From assembly GCF_009914755.1 (NCBI RefSeq), contig NC_060925.1: a DNA stretch of 64,000 nt. One strand, 5' to 3'. The notes under the pieces were generated by a model. That model made no database searches and was not told the origin of the DNA. It worked only from the letters and a program-made list of their open reading frames with translations. Source of the DNA: the human T2T-CHM13v2.0 reference genome, Homo sapiens. Within the stretch, counting starts at the first letter, position 1, and each line of letters starts with the position of its first letter. Shown here in pieces: positions 16,896 to 32,574 of this stretch. The translations under genes and the position numbers were made by a program.

Positions 16896-18747
16896 TGTAT
16901 CAGTTTTCTAGGACAGTCATAACAATGTACCACAGACTAGGATCCATAAACAACAGAAATTTATTTCCTCACAATTTTGAAAACTACAAGTCCCAGATCA
17001 AGATGTGAGCAGAGCTGGTTTCTTCCGAAGCCCTTTCTCCTTGAGTTGCAGATGGCTATCTTTTCCCTGTATGTTTACATGGTATTCCCCTAGTGTGTGC
17101 ATGCAATGCTCAGTATGACATTAGGGCCTACCCTAATTACTTTATTTTAACTAAATTATCTCTTTAAAGACCCTATCTCCAAATGTGTCCAGAATTGGTG
17201 GGTTCTTGGTCTCACTGACTTCAAGAATGAAGCCGTGGACCCTCGCAGTGAGTGTTACGGTTCTTAAAGGCGGTGTGTCTAGAGTTTGCTCCTTCTGTTG
17301 TTCAGATGTGTTCGGAGTTTCTTCCTTCTGGTTCGTGGTTTTGCCAGTTTCAGGAGTGAAGCTACAGACCTTCGCGGTGAGTGGTACAGCTCTTAAGGCA
17401 GCGAGTTGTTCGTTCCTCCCGGTGGGTTCGTGGTCTCACTGGCTTCAGGAGTGAAGCTGCAGACCTTCGAGGTGAGTGTTACAGCTCATAAAGGCAGTGT
17501 GGACCCAAAGAGTGAGCAGTAGCAAGATTTATTGCAAAGAGCAAAAGAAGAAAGCTTCCACAGTGTGGAAGGGAACCCCAGTGGGTTGCCACTGCTGGCC
17601 AGGGCAGCCTGCGATTATTCTCTTATTTGGCCCCACCCACATCCTCCTGATTGGTCCATTTTACAGAGAGCCAATTGGTCTGTTTTACAGAGAGCTGATT
17701 GGTCCGTTTACAATCCCTGAGCTAGACACAAAAGTTCTCCACCTCCCCATTAGATTAGCTAGATACAGAGTGTCAATTGGTGTATTTACAAACCCTGAGC
17801 TAGACACAGAATGCTGATTGGTGCATTTACAATCCCTTAGCTAGACAAAAAGGTTTTCCAAGTCCCCACCAGATTAACTAGATACAGAGTGTCGATTGGT
17901 GCATTCACAAACCCTGAGCTAGACACAGGGTGCTGATTGGTGTGTTTACAAACCTTGAGCTAGATACAGAGTGCTGACTGGTGTATTTACAATCCCTTAG
18001 CCAGACATAAAGGTTCTCCAAGTCCCCACCAGACTCAGGAGCCCAGCTGGCTTCACCCAGTGGATCCTGCACTGGGGCCACAGGTGAAGCTGCCTGCCGG
18101 GGCCACAGGTGGAGCTGCCTGCCAGTCCCACGTGGTGCTCCCGCACTCCTCAGCCCTTGGGCTGGGGACTGGCCCTGTGGAGTAGGGAGTGGCACTACTG
18201 GGGAGGCTCAGGCTGCGCAGGACCCCATGGCGGTGGGGGGAGGCTCAGGCATGGTGGGCTGCAGGTCCCGAGCCCTGCCCCACTGCGGGGGCAGCTAAGG
18301 CCCAGCTAGAAGTCGAGCACAGCAGCTGCTGGCCCAGGTGCTAAGCCCCTCACTGCCCTGGGCCGGTGGGCCGGCTGGCCGCTCCGAATGCGGGGCCGCG
18401 GGGCCCGCGGAGCCCACGCCCACCCGGAACTCACGCTGGCCCGCAAGCGTCCTGCGCAGCCCCGGTTCCCACCGGCGCCTCTCCCTCCACACCTCCCTGC
18501 AAGCTGAGAGAGCCGGCTCTGGCCTTGGCCAGCCCAGAAAGGGGCTCCCACAGTGCAGCGGGGGGCTGAAGGGCTCTTCAAGCACGGCCAGAGTGGGTGC
18601 CAAGGCTGAGGAGGTGCCGAGAGCGAGCGAGGGCTGTGAGGGCTGCCAGCACGCTGTCACCTCTCACAAGTACTGTCACATTCTAAGGTACTGGGAGTTA
18701 GGACTTAAACAGAAGAATTTTCTGGGGACATGATTCAGCCCATAACA
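16896..18747 (-). mobile_element. MLT1B-like LTR split by LTR12C (16896-17183 and 18667-18747)
   Basis: ctctttaaagaccctatctccaaa continues as tactgtcacattctaaggtactgggagttaggac after the LTR12. Confidence 0.82.
17184..18666 (-). mobile_element. LTR12C (ERV9) solo LTR
   Basis: Minus strand begins TGAGAGGTGACAGCGTGCTGGCAG and ends CCCACCAATTCTGGACACA; ~41-bp CCAAT-containing U3 repeats; GC/CpG-rich 5' part; TSD caaa/caag. Confidence 0.95.
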
Positions 18748-18785
18748 CAACCCAAGAGACCACTAACTTCAGAATGGGCAGTCAT

Positions 18786-19221
18786 TGTGATGGGTAAATT
18801 TTATGTGACAAGTTAACTAGACTACCATGCCCAGGTGTTTAGTCAAACACCAGGCTAGATGTTGCCATGAAGGTATTTTATAGATGTGGTTAACATATAT
18901 AATTAGTTGACTTTGAGTAAAGGAGGCAACCTACTCTAATGTGCATCTCCTTCAGCCAATCCTTGAATAGCTTAAAAGCAAAGGTTGAGATGTCCTGGAG
19001 AAAAAGGAATTCTGCCTCAAGACTGTACCATAGAAATCCTGCCTGAGTTTCCAGCTCACTAGTCTGCCCTGCATATTGCAGACTGAAGACAGGGACATCA
19101 ACTGTTACTTGAGTTTCCAGTCTGCTGACCTACCCTATGGATTTATACTTTCCAAGCCCCTACAACTGACTGAACCAATTTCTTAAATCTTATTGGTTCT
19201 ATTTCTCTGGAGAATTCTACA
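18786..19221 (+). mobile_element. MLT2D-like ERVL LTR
   Basis: tgtgatgggtaaattttatgtgacaagtt...ggaattctgcctcaagact...tattggttctatttctctggagaa. Confidence 0.78.
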
Positions 19222-19624
19222 TGTTATAGTCATGCATGGAAAACTACTGTCATAAAAAGGACCAAAATATTCATACATACGTACAACATGGATAATGCTC
19301 AGAAATGCTATACTGCGTGGAAAAAAAAAAAGCCAGACAAAAAAAGGATGCATACTCCATCATCCCATTTATATGAAGCCCAAGAACAGGCAAAACTCAT
19401 CTATGGTGATAGAAATAAGAAAATGGCTGTCTGGGGTAGATGAATGAGGATAGATATTGACTGAAAATAGACAAAAGGGACCTTCCTGGAGGGATGGAAT
19501 TGTGCTATATCTTGTTTGCAGTGGTGTTTTCATGGATACGTACCTTTGTCAAAATTCAGAGACTTGAATAGTCAGGATCTATGCATTTCATTCTGTGTAA
19601 ATTGTATCTTTAAAAAACAATATG

Positions 19625-20528
19625 TGGAGGAGCCAAGATGGCCGAATAGGAACAGCTCCGGTCTACAGCTCCCAGCAAGAGCGACGCAGAAGACGGGTGA
19701 TTTCTGCATTTCCATCTGAGGTACCGGGTTCATCTCACTAGGGAGTGCCAGACAGTGGGCGCAGGCCAGTGGGTGTGCACACCGTGCGCGAGCCAAAGCA
19801 GGGCGAGGCATTGCCTCACCTGGGAAGCGCAAGGGGTCAGGGAGTTCCCTTTCCGAGTCAAAGAAAGGCGTGACGGACGCACCTGGAAAATTGGGTCACT
19901 CCCACCCGAATACTGCGCTTTTCAGACCGGCTTAAAAAACGGCGCACCACGAGACTATATCCCACACCTGGCTCGGAGGGTCCTATGCCCACGGAATCTC
20001 GCTGATTGCTAGCACAGCAGTCTGAGATCAAACTGCAAGGCGGCAGCGATGCTGGGGGAGGGGTGCCCGCCATTGCCCAGGCTTGCTTAGGTAAACAAAG
20101 CAGCCGGGAAGCTGGAACTGGGTGGAGCCCACCACAGCTCAAGGAGGCCTGCCTGCCTCTGTAGGCTCCACCTCTGGGGGCAGGGCACAGACAAACAAAA
20201 AGACAGCAGTAACCTCTGCAGACTTAAATGTCCCTGTCTGACAGCTTTGAAGAGAGCAGTGGTTCTCCCAGCACGCAGCTGGAGATCTGAGAACGGGCAG
20301 ACTACCTCCTCAAGTGGGTCCCTGACCCCTGACCCCCGAGCAGCCTAATTGGGAGGCACTCCCCAGCAGGGGCACACTGACATCTCACACGGCAGGGTAT
20401 TCCAACAGACCTGCAGCTGAGGGTCCTGTCTGTTAGAAGGAAAACTAACAAACAGAAAGGACATCCACACCAAAAACCCATCTGTACATCACCATCATCA
20501 AAGACCAAAAGTAGATAAAACCACAAAG
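19625..20528. promoter_or_regulatory. L1 5'UTR with CpG-rich sense promoter (YY1 site intact) and antisense promoter
   Basis: caagatggccg at ~19634-19644; UTR length matches the short L1PA2/HS form; antisense promoter is an established L1PA property. Confidence 0.85.
19858..20073 (-). CDS. L1 ORF0 (71 aa), intact
   Basis: MAGTPPPASLPPCSLISDCCASNQRDSVGIGPSEPGVGYSLVVRRFLSRSEKRSIRVGVTQFSRCVRHAFL; gcaATGG context. Confidence 0.85.
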   Translation of the reverse strand: MAGTPPPASLPPCSLISDCCASNQRDSVGIGPSEPGVGYSLVVRRFLSRSEKRSIRVGVTQFSRCVRHAFL

Positions 20529-21545
20529 ATGGGGAAAAAACAGAACAGAAAAACTGGAAACTCTAAAACGCAGAGCGCCTCTCCTCCTCCAAAGGAACGC
20601 AGTTCCTCACCAGCAACGGAACAAAGCTGGATGGAGAATGACTTTGACGAGCTGAGAGAAGAAGGTTTCAGACGATCAAATTACTCTGAGCTACGGGAGG
20701 ACATTCAAACCAAAGGCAAAGAAGTTGAAAACTTTGAAAAAAATTTAGAAGAATGTATAACTAGAATAACCAATACAGAGAAGTGCTTAAAGGAGCTGAT
20801 GGAGCTGAAAACCAAGGCTCGAGAACTACGTGAAGAATGCAGAAGCCTCAGGAGCCGATGCGATCAACTGGAAGAAAGGGTATCAGCAATGGAAGATGAA
20901 ATGAATGAAATGAAGCGAGAAGGGAAGTTTAGAGAAAAAAGAATAAAAAGAAATGAGCAAAGCCTCCAAGAAATATGGGACTATGTGAAAAGACCAAATC
21001 TACGTCTGATTGGTGTACCTGAAAGTGAGGCGGAGAATGGAACCAAGTTGAAAAACACTCTGCAGGATATTATCCAGGAGAGCTTCCCCAATCTAGCAAG
21101 GCAGGCCAACATTCAGATTCAGGAAATACAGAGAGCGCCACAAAGATACTCCTCGAGAAGAGCAACTCCAAGACACATAATTGTCAGATTCACCAAAGTT
21201 GAAATGAAGGAAAAAATGTTAAGGGCAGCCAGAGAGAAAGGTCGGGTTACCCTCAAAGGGAAGCCCATCAGACTAACAGCGGATCTCTCGGCAGAAACCC
21301 TACAAGCCAGAAGAGAGTGGGGGCCAATATTCAACATTCTTAAAGAAAAGAATTTTCAACCCAGAATTTCATATCCAGCCAAGCTAAGCTTCATAAGTGA
21401 AGGAGAAATAAAATACTTTACAGACAAGCAAATGCTGAGAGATTTTGTCACCACCAGGCCTGCCCTAAAAGAGCTCCTGAAGGAAGCGCTAAACATGGAA
21501 AGGAACAACCGGTACCAGCCGCTGCAAAATCATGCCAAAATGTAA
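20529..21545 (+). CDS. L1 ORF1p, 338 aa, open
   Basis: MGKKQNRKTGNSK...REKG...ARREWG...YPAKLS...NHAKM. Confidence 0.95.
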   Translation: MGKKQNRKTGNSKTQSASPPPKERSSSPATEQSWMENDFDELREEGFRRSNYSELREDIQTKGKEVENFEKNLEECITRITNTEKCLKELMELKTKARELREECRSLRSRCDQLEERVSAMEDEMNEMKREGKFREKRIKRNEQSLQEIWDYVKRPNLRLIGVPESEAENGTKLKNTLQDIIQESFPNLARQANIQIQEIQRAPQRYSSRRATPRHIIVRFTKVEMKEKMLRAAREKGRVTLKGKPIRLTADLSAETLQARREWGPIFNILKEKNFQPRISYPAKLSFISEGEIKYFTDKQMLRDFVTTRPALKELLKEALNMERNNRYQPLQNHAKM

Positions 21546-21581
21546 AGACCATCGAGACTAGGAAGAAACTGCATAAACTAA

Positions 21582-25437
<3,856 letters not shown>

Positions 25438-26499
25438 ACAATGAGATCACATGGTCACAGGAAGGGGAATATCACACTCTGGGGACTGTGGTGGGGTGGG
25501 GGGAGGGGGGAGGGGTAGCATTGGGAGATATACCTAATGCTAGATGACGAGTTAGTGGGTGCAGCGCACCAGCATGGCGCATGTATACATATGTAACTAA
25601 CCTGCACAATGTGCACATGTACCCTAAAACTTAAAGTATAATAAAAAAAAAAAAGAAAAAAAAACAATATGAAAAATTACATATTACCTTAAATTTCAAT
25701 TATGTATATATATTTATTTCAAATATATTTCAAATATAAATTTTTCAAATGTTAAGTTTTTTATTCACTGTAGATGTAGCTACACTGAATAAAACATATG
25801 TGGATGTTTAGGAGTGACTTAACATTAACTCTAACCTTCTAACCATTGTCTACATTCCTTTTCCTGGCCATCTTTCAGAGACTTGTTTAACCATTAGGGG
25901 GACCCCTCAGGTCATGCAGGCAGTGTGCGACTACTCTTATTAGACATCCAATTTCAGGTTGGTGATCAGTTCATCCCAATCAGGTTCAATGTAACTCAGT
26001 CAATATTTACAACAGGAAACTTTAACTGGAGTGAAAGTTATAATTAATCTCTTCGTTATTTTGGTACAGATTACAGTTAAAATGTCACACATTAATTATA
26101 TTCATGTGTATCATGTGTTGTTAACTACTTAGCTCACTTAAATATCCATTTCCCAGCTGTACTATAAATTCCTCACAGGCTAAGATCATGTTTTAATATT
26201 TTTCTGTGTCTCCCAAAAAGCTAAGACAGCCTAGATATATATATTTGGCAATTGGATTGATGAATAAATTAGGTGTGTTGTTTTGGCTTTGCCCGGGGAA
26301 AATAAGTTAACTCACTTCAGGCTCCCTTCCCCAGCCACTCCCCACACTCCCCCCGACCCTCCACTGAGTTATCCTATTCTATACCATTGAATAAAACCAT
26401 TGAGTAAATCCATAAGTTTGATTTCAGCTCTCTGGAAGCATTTGATTCATTGTGAAATTTTTTCTCAAAATTATTATAAAATACAATTTAAAAAGGGAA

Positions 26500-26610
26500 T
26501 ATATGGAGCAAGAGGACAACAGGGAGATGGTGGAGGAGGAGGAAAAAGAAAATGAAGAAAGCAAAGGAGGAGGAGGGGGAAGAGATGATGAGGATAAAGA
26601 AGAAATGTAG
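26500..26610. repeat. GA-rich low-complexity region
   Basis: ggaggaggaggaaaaagaaaatgaagaaag... Confidence 0.7.
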
Positions 26611-27431
26611 AAATTGCAAGTACACAAGATCAGGAATCTTTTAAAAGACTGGTTTTATCCTCAAAATTCTTAGGCATAAACGCCATCTCTCTGAATGACT
26701 TAAAAAATCAATATAAAGCTTGATTCTATGGTTTATTGATTCTATATTTCAATTATCCCTAATTAAAATGTCTGCTTTGATTTTAATTTCTAAACAAGGG
26801 GAAAAAATTACAGGAATTTCTTTTAAATGTACTATTTCATCCTCAACCCAGTGGATGCCATTCCACTATATTTAGTGAATTCCAGTAATATAAATATATA
26901 TGATATTCTTGCATATAGATACATATATATTCTTATGCACGAAATTGAGTGGTACTTATTTTCAAAGGATTTAGTAGGAGACGAATATATAAGTGAGTGG
27001 CTCTTTCTCCCTAGGATCACAGACCTGTTGCTCCAACTAAAATAAAAAGTATATTCGATTTAAGATATTATGACTCTTTATGATTGACTCAACACATATT
27101 TATTGAGCCCTTACTATGCACCTAATACTCTCTTAGTACCTGAATGCTACCTATCCATAAATGAGTGAATAATATTTATAAAGAAATATGGCATAGAAGA
27201 CTGAAACAGAGAACAACGTGAGATGGAAAATAATCAGGTGCCTTAAATATAATATGGACGATAAGGGCTATTTAAAATCTAAAGGATAGAATAATTGAAG
27301 AGTGCTCTGAGATACATTTCCTTATCATCTACACAGCACAACTAATAACATCCTATGAATGTTTTAAATATCAAATGAAATAATAATATATATAAGAAGA
27401 GTTAAGTATCCACTATGTATGTAAGAAATTT

Positions 27432-27727
27432 GCCAGGCACGATGGCTCATGCCTGTAATCCCAGCACTTTTTTGGGAGACCGAGGCGGGCGGATCACGAG
27501 GTCAGGAGATCGAGACCATCCTGGCTAACATGGTGAAACCCCATCTCTACTAAAAATACAAACAATTAGCCGGGCGTGGTGGCAGGCACCTGTAGTCCCA
27601 GCTACTCGGGAGGCTGAGGCAGGAGAATGGCGTGAACCGGGAAGCGGAGCTTGCAGTGAGCGGAGGTTGCACCACTGCACTCCAGCCTGGGTGAGAGAGC
27701 GAGACTCATCAAAAAAAAAAAAAAAGA
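27432..27727 (+). mobile_element. AluY
   Basis: gagatcgagaccatcctggctaaca and ggagaatggcgtgaacc diagnostics; TSD aagaaatt. Confidence 0.93.
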
Positions 27728-27851
27728 AAGAAATTAAAATGGACCAGGTGAAAACAGGCTTACAGAAGTAAAAAAACCTCTAAATTCACATACAAAGAGA
27801 CACTGCAACCATGATGAGTATCCACAACATTTCTAGTCCTATGCTTAATAA

Positions 27852-28282
27852 TGTTAAAAGAAAAACTTCAGCCAAATTAAATTTAAAGGAGTTTAATTGA
27901 ACAATGAACGATTCGTGAATCAGGCAGCTCCCAGAATCATGGCAGATTCAGAAGGACTCCAGGTATGCCTCGTGGTCAGAACAGATTTATAGACAAAAAA
28001 AAAGAAAAGTGACGTATAGAAATCAGAGGTGAGGTACAGAACAGCTGGAGTGATTACAGGTTGGCATTTACCTTATTTGAATACAGCTTGAACACTCAGC
28101 AGTGAATGACTGGTTGAAGTATGGCTGCTGGGACTGGCCAAGACTCAGCCACTGTTAATAGGCCCATACTCCTAAATTAGGGTTTCAATCTTGTCTACCC
28201 ACTAGATTAGGCTGCAGTTCCTCCACAAGGACTCAAATATAGTATAGAGTCCTTCTCAGGCCATATTTAGTTTGCTTTAACA
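27852..28282 (-). mobile_element. MER57A-like ERV1 solo LTR
   Basis: Minus strand TGTTAAAGCAAACTAAATATGGCCTGAGAAGGACTC...CTGAAGTTTTTCTTTTAACA; TSD ataa/atta. Confidence 0.85.
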
Positions 28283-28454
28283 ATTATGGAAGAATTTTTA
28301 TAAAGTATTACATAACATCAAGTATTTGATGATAGGAGACATAGGTGATAGGAGATAAAGTCATAGAGACAAGGAGGGCAAAGGTGCACAGCATCTTATA
28401 ATGATGTTGTCTTCACTCTTACTAAGGTAAGAATTTTTATGAAGTATTACATTC

Positions 28455-29130
28455 ATTAAATATTTGATTGCTTTATCTGTCATACCAGTAAAAATGTGTT
28501 CATAAATACATATCATAAGGTGGCAGGCAATAAATACAAAATATGTAGTATGGTACATGTTGATAAATACTAAGGACAAGCACAAGCAGGGAAAAGAGAT
28601 AGAAATTATGGGTTAGTGGGGGGAATTGTAATTTCAATTTAGATGACCAGAGACAGCCCCACTGAAAAGGTATCATTTGAGCAAAGACCTGAGAGTTGAG
28701 GTGAGGAACAATGACATGTAACTATTTGGAGGAACGGCATTTCAGGTAGAAGAACAACATCAGTAGCAGTTCTGACGGGGGTGAAGCCTGTTGTGTTTGA
28801 GAAACAGCCAGGTGAGCAGTGTGCCTGGAGGCATGAGTGAGAGGAGGATGATAGGAGACAAAGACACAGAGGCAAGGAGGGTGAAGCTGCACAGCGTCTT
28901 ATAATGACGTTGTCTTCACTCTTACTAAGGTAAGAAGCCATTAGAAGGTCGTGACCAGAGAAATGAAATTATTGTTTATGGTAGGAGATTATTCTGGCTG
29001 GTGTCACTGGTGAAATGGAGAGAATAGTTATAAAGTTATCATTGCAATTAGGTGAAGAGATGATAGGGGCTTGGACCAGGATGGTTGCAGTGAATGTTGT
29101 GAGAAGTGTTTGGATCCTCAACTCTACTGT
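28455..29130 (-). mobile_element. L2 fragment
   Basis: catttgagcaaagacctgag...gcatttcaggtagaagaacaac...gcttggaccaggatggttgcagtg. Confidence 0.7.
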
Positions 29131-29309
29131 CAAATTGTTTACAGCCCAGTTAGGAGAAAAAGTCTGGGAAACTTTAATGTATTTTTTAAAAAGAGAGAGA
29201 AATAAATCGTTAGAAGCTAAATGATATGAGTACAATTACAAATTTAAGAGTGATTTGGGAAAAGCAAATTGAACAATGTGACAGAAAGGTGACTGATTAA
29301 TAGTGTTTT

Positions 29310-29570
29310 AATAAAAATAATAATTGCTGACATTCATTGTGTTCATTACATGCCAGGTGCCAGGCATAGTGCCTTACGTGTGATATCTCAATTAATCTCC
29401 ACCAAAAACCTATGATAAGTTGCTGCTACTGTCCCATTTCCTATATGCTATAAGAGGAAATCAAAGAAAGAATGTCTGGAAAGGTTAATAAGTTGTTCAA
29501 AGGACATAGCTGTAATTTCGTCATGATTTGGCTTTCATGAGAGCCCAAACTCAACACTGACACGCTATTC
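29310..29570 (-). mobile_element. MIR SINE
   Basis: tgccaggcatagtg...tctcaattaatctccacc...aaggttaataagttgttcaaaggacatagc. Confidence 0.6.
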
Positions 29571-29835
29571 TGATTTGCCATATAGGTGGAGGGGGAAATA
29601 AGACATTCTCAGTGGGTGAATCCATGTGAGTGAAGGTTAGGAATTCAAATGTTTTGTGTGTGCATGAGAATCGCAGGTCTGGAGCAGAAGGTTCATTTTG
29701 GGGAACAATAAAAGAAATAGTGGAGACTGAAAAGTATAAACAGATTTTAGAAGTCCTCCAGAGCTAGCCAAAAAAGCTTTCATTGTATCCAGGAGAGCCT
29801 GGGAATCTAAGATGAACATGGAAGGAGAAAAATTA

Positions 29836-30151
29836 TTATTATTATTATTTATTATTATTATTATTATTTTGAGACGGAGTCTTGCTCTGTTGCCCAGGCC
29901 AGAGTGCAATGGCGTCATTTCAGCTGACTGCAACCTCCACCTCCGGGTTCAAGCAATTCTCCTGCCTCAGCCTCCTGAGTAGCTGGGATTACAGGCATGT
30001 GCCACCACGCCTGGCTAATTTTTTTGTATTTTAAGTAGAGACAGGGTTTCACCATATTGGCCAGGCTGGTCTCAAATTCCTGACCTTGTGATCCACCCGC
30101 CTCAGCCTCCCAAAGTGCTGGGATTACAGGCATGAGCCACGGCACACAGCC
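29836..30151 (-). mobile_element. AluSg/Sc-like with (ATT)n tail
   Basis: Full dimer, cctgaccttgtgatcc; TSD agaaaaatta. Confidence 0.92.
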
Positions 30152-30875
30152 AAGAAAAATTAATTTAAGATTATCTGGCTCCCAGGTACAAGATGAGCTG
30201 GGGGCAGTAGAGATCTGGCAAGTAGAATAGCAAGAAAGAAACATGATCATTTATATATGAGGTAATAAGAACTAGTAAAAGTAGGGATTGAAAGGTACAT
30301 GTCAGCATATTTCCCAGAGTTTTTTTTTCAAAATCCAGGAGAGAATTTGGTTCTGAGTTGTTTACTAAAAATATTGAATTACAATCCATGCCATGTCCAC
30401 AATTAGTTGTGTGAATTTGGGCAGGTTATTTATTTGAGAAGTTTCTTCATCCATAAATAAAGTTGTATTAGATTATATTTAATGTTTTCTTCCTTCTTTT
30501 ATATTATGATTAAGATGTGTTTGCTGATTTGTTTTAAAGTTACAGTTTAGAAAAATATAAGAGCCTTTAGCATCTATTTCTTTCAAGGCATTAAGATTAA
30601 ATTTCATTGAGTGTGTGGCGCTATGTTTGGAACAAAGAAGATGCACGGAAATACTCCCTGTGTTGAACTGAATTTAACTGAAACTTAAAAATTATCAAAG
30701 AAAAAGAATAAATTCTAGCCTTATCCCTGTATCTATTAAAGACTGAATATCAAAAAATAAAATGTTTAGAATTGGTCTAGATTCTTCCATTGTCCTGCTG
30801 AATTTCTTGGCCAGTGATATTCCAAGTGTGGTTCCTGGACCAGACTATGGGTTACTAAATAATTTATATATAATT

Positions 30876-30886
30876 TGTGTGTGTGT

Positions 30887-30922
<36 letters not shown>
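30876..30922. repeat. (TG)n microsatellite
   Basis: Direct. Confidence 0.95.
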
Positions 30923-30927
<5 letters not shown>

Positions 30928-32462
30928 CGCCTCAGGCATTTTTCCACACTGGAAGTCACCTCACAGCCTTAGGTAGCAAAACTATGCCTAGAATAGCTGT
31001 ATTATTCCAGAACTTTTTTAATATTCCTAGATACTCTTTATGAATGAATCCAAAAAGCAAAAGACAGAAGCAGCCTGATTGAGAAGGCCTTGCTCCTTGT
31101 TTCTAAGAAAACTATTATACAAAGTGAAACAATATAAACAAGATTTATTTGTTTGTTGCCTAATCTTTTAACCCAGACAGATGATCATCTATAATGGCTT
31201 TGCTTTTCAGCTTTTTCTGCCTCCTGTTGTTCAGAGTAATGACGTGGAGAGAGCTCAAGCCTGAGGAACTAATAGGTATTAGTTCAAAATCCAATTCTGC
31301 TGTGCAATCTCAGACATGTTTCATAAACTCTCCATGCCTCAGTTTCCTTATCTCATTTCTCAGATTTCTTATCTGATAAATAAATAAGACACTATAATAA
31401 TAGCATAGTATTTGGCACAAATGAAGTACTCAACAGATCTGTGTTCCCTTCCTCCATCTCTAATTTGTGAATATTATTTCTGAACCTCTTTCTTAAACCC
31501 TAGAACTAACGTAGGAAATAACTTCTCCTCCACCCCATCCATGGTGTTATACATGGAGGAAATACACATTTGGGGAAGTGCACAGCTCAAGTGACTCTAA
31601 CCCTGGATTTCCAGCTGATCCCACCCCAGAACCACCCACAGGGAAAAGGAAGAGAAACCACTTCCCACAGCTGGGGCTTTCCTCATTTCCGAAGCTACAG
31701 AAGAATGATCATAGTACTCAGAGGAAGCACTGCTGGCCTGGAGGTCATTTGCCACAGAGGGAGTTCAATAGCCCCTTAGTCCTGTCAGGGCTTCTCCCTT
31801 ATCCCACATTACTCATCTGTAACCTAGTACTTTAAGTAAAATCTTGTCTTTTGCAAAGTAAAGAACATTAATCTTCCACCTTTTACATTCCTACTTTCTC
31901 AATTTATGCTTTGTTTGAATAACAAGAATGGAGGAGATAAGGGGAACAACTGTACTTCCTAATGGTTAGTCCACAAAAAGCCATTAGCATTCACTGTAAA
32001 CAGCATTCATCAATGTGCTGTCTTAGGTCAGGATCAACTTCCTTATCTAAACTTGAGAAGGGACTGCCCTTTTTTCTCTATCTCAGTTATAATACTTGTG
32101 GGTGGCAGAAATGACAGCAATCACACACTGTCACACAAGAATGAATCTGACACTTCACTGTTGAAATTCTATTATCTTTTATCTCTTTGATATCCTTTAC
32201 ATTAAACTTAATTCTCAAGTTCTCCAATTGGTGTCTACATCAGACTTGTAAAGAGTTATAGAAATTATAGGAGTCAAAAATAGTTTAAAAGCCTTGTGAT
32301 ATGGATATATGTAAGAAATACTCTTCTTTGAATAGTGAAATACCTTAGCTCTCTAGTTCAGCTAATGTACATATTTTCAAAGCAGGGAAAAGACAGCTGT
32401 GTGGATGTAGAGAAGTAGGGGAGAGGAGAGGGTGGATTTGCATTAATGATGGGGCTTCAGTG

Positions 32463-32574
32463 GGAAGGAAGGAAGGAAGGAAGGAAGGAAGGAAGGAAGG
32501 AAGGAAGGAAGGAAGGAAGGAAGGAAGGAAAGAAGGAAAGAAGGAAAGAAGGAAAGAAGGAAAGAAGGAAGGAA
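32463..32574. repeat. (GGAA)n then (GGAAAGAA)n microsatellite
   Basis: About 17 pure GGAA units followed by variant units. Confidence 0.95.

Larger units (their letters stand above)
14000..19624 (+). mobile_element. Old L1M (L1MD/ME-like) spanning EN to 3'UTR; host of nested LTRs and the L1PA2
   Basis: Degenerate ORF2 motifs (gcacaatggaattaaactataaatc; gtggttctttgaaaac; aaatgcaaattaaaaccacagtga) and 3'UTR at 19222-19620. Confidence 0.7.

Noticed and set aside
17700-18030. Regularly spaced ~41-bp repeats, superficially CRISPR-like
   Set aside because: Known LTR12/ERV9 U3 enhancer repeats without unique spacers, in primate DNA.
17185-18733. Many overlapping 60-130 aa ORFs
   Set aside because: Expected by-product of GC-rich LTR12C sequence; no protein homology recognised.
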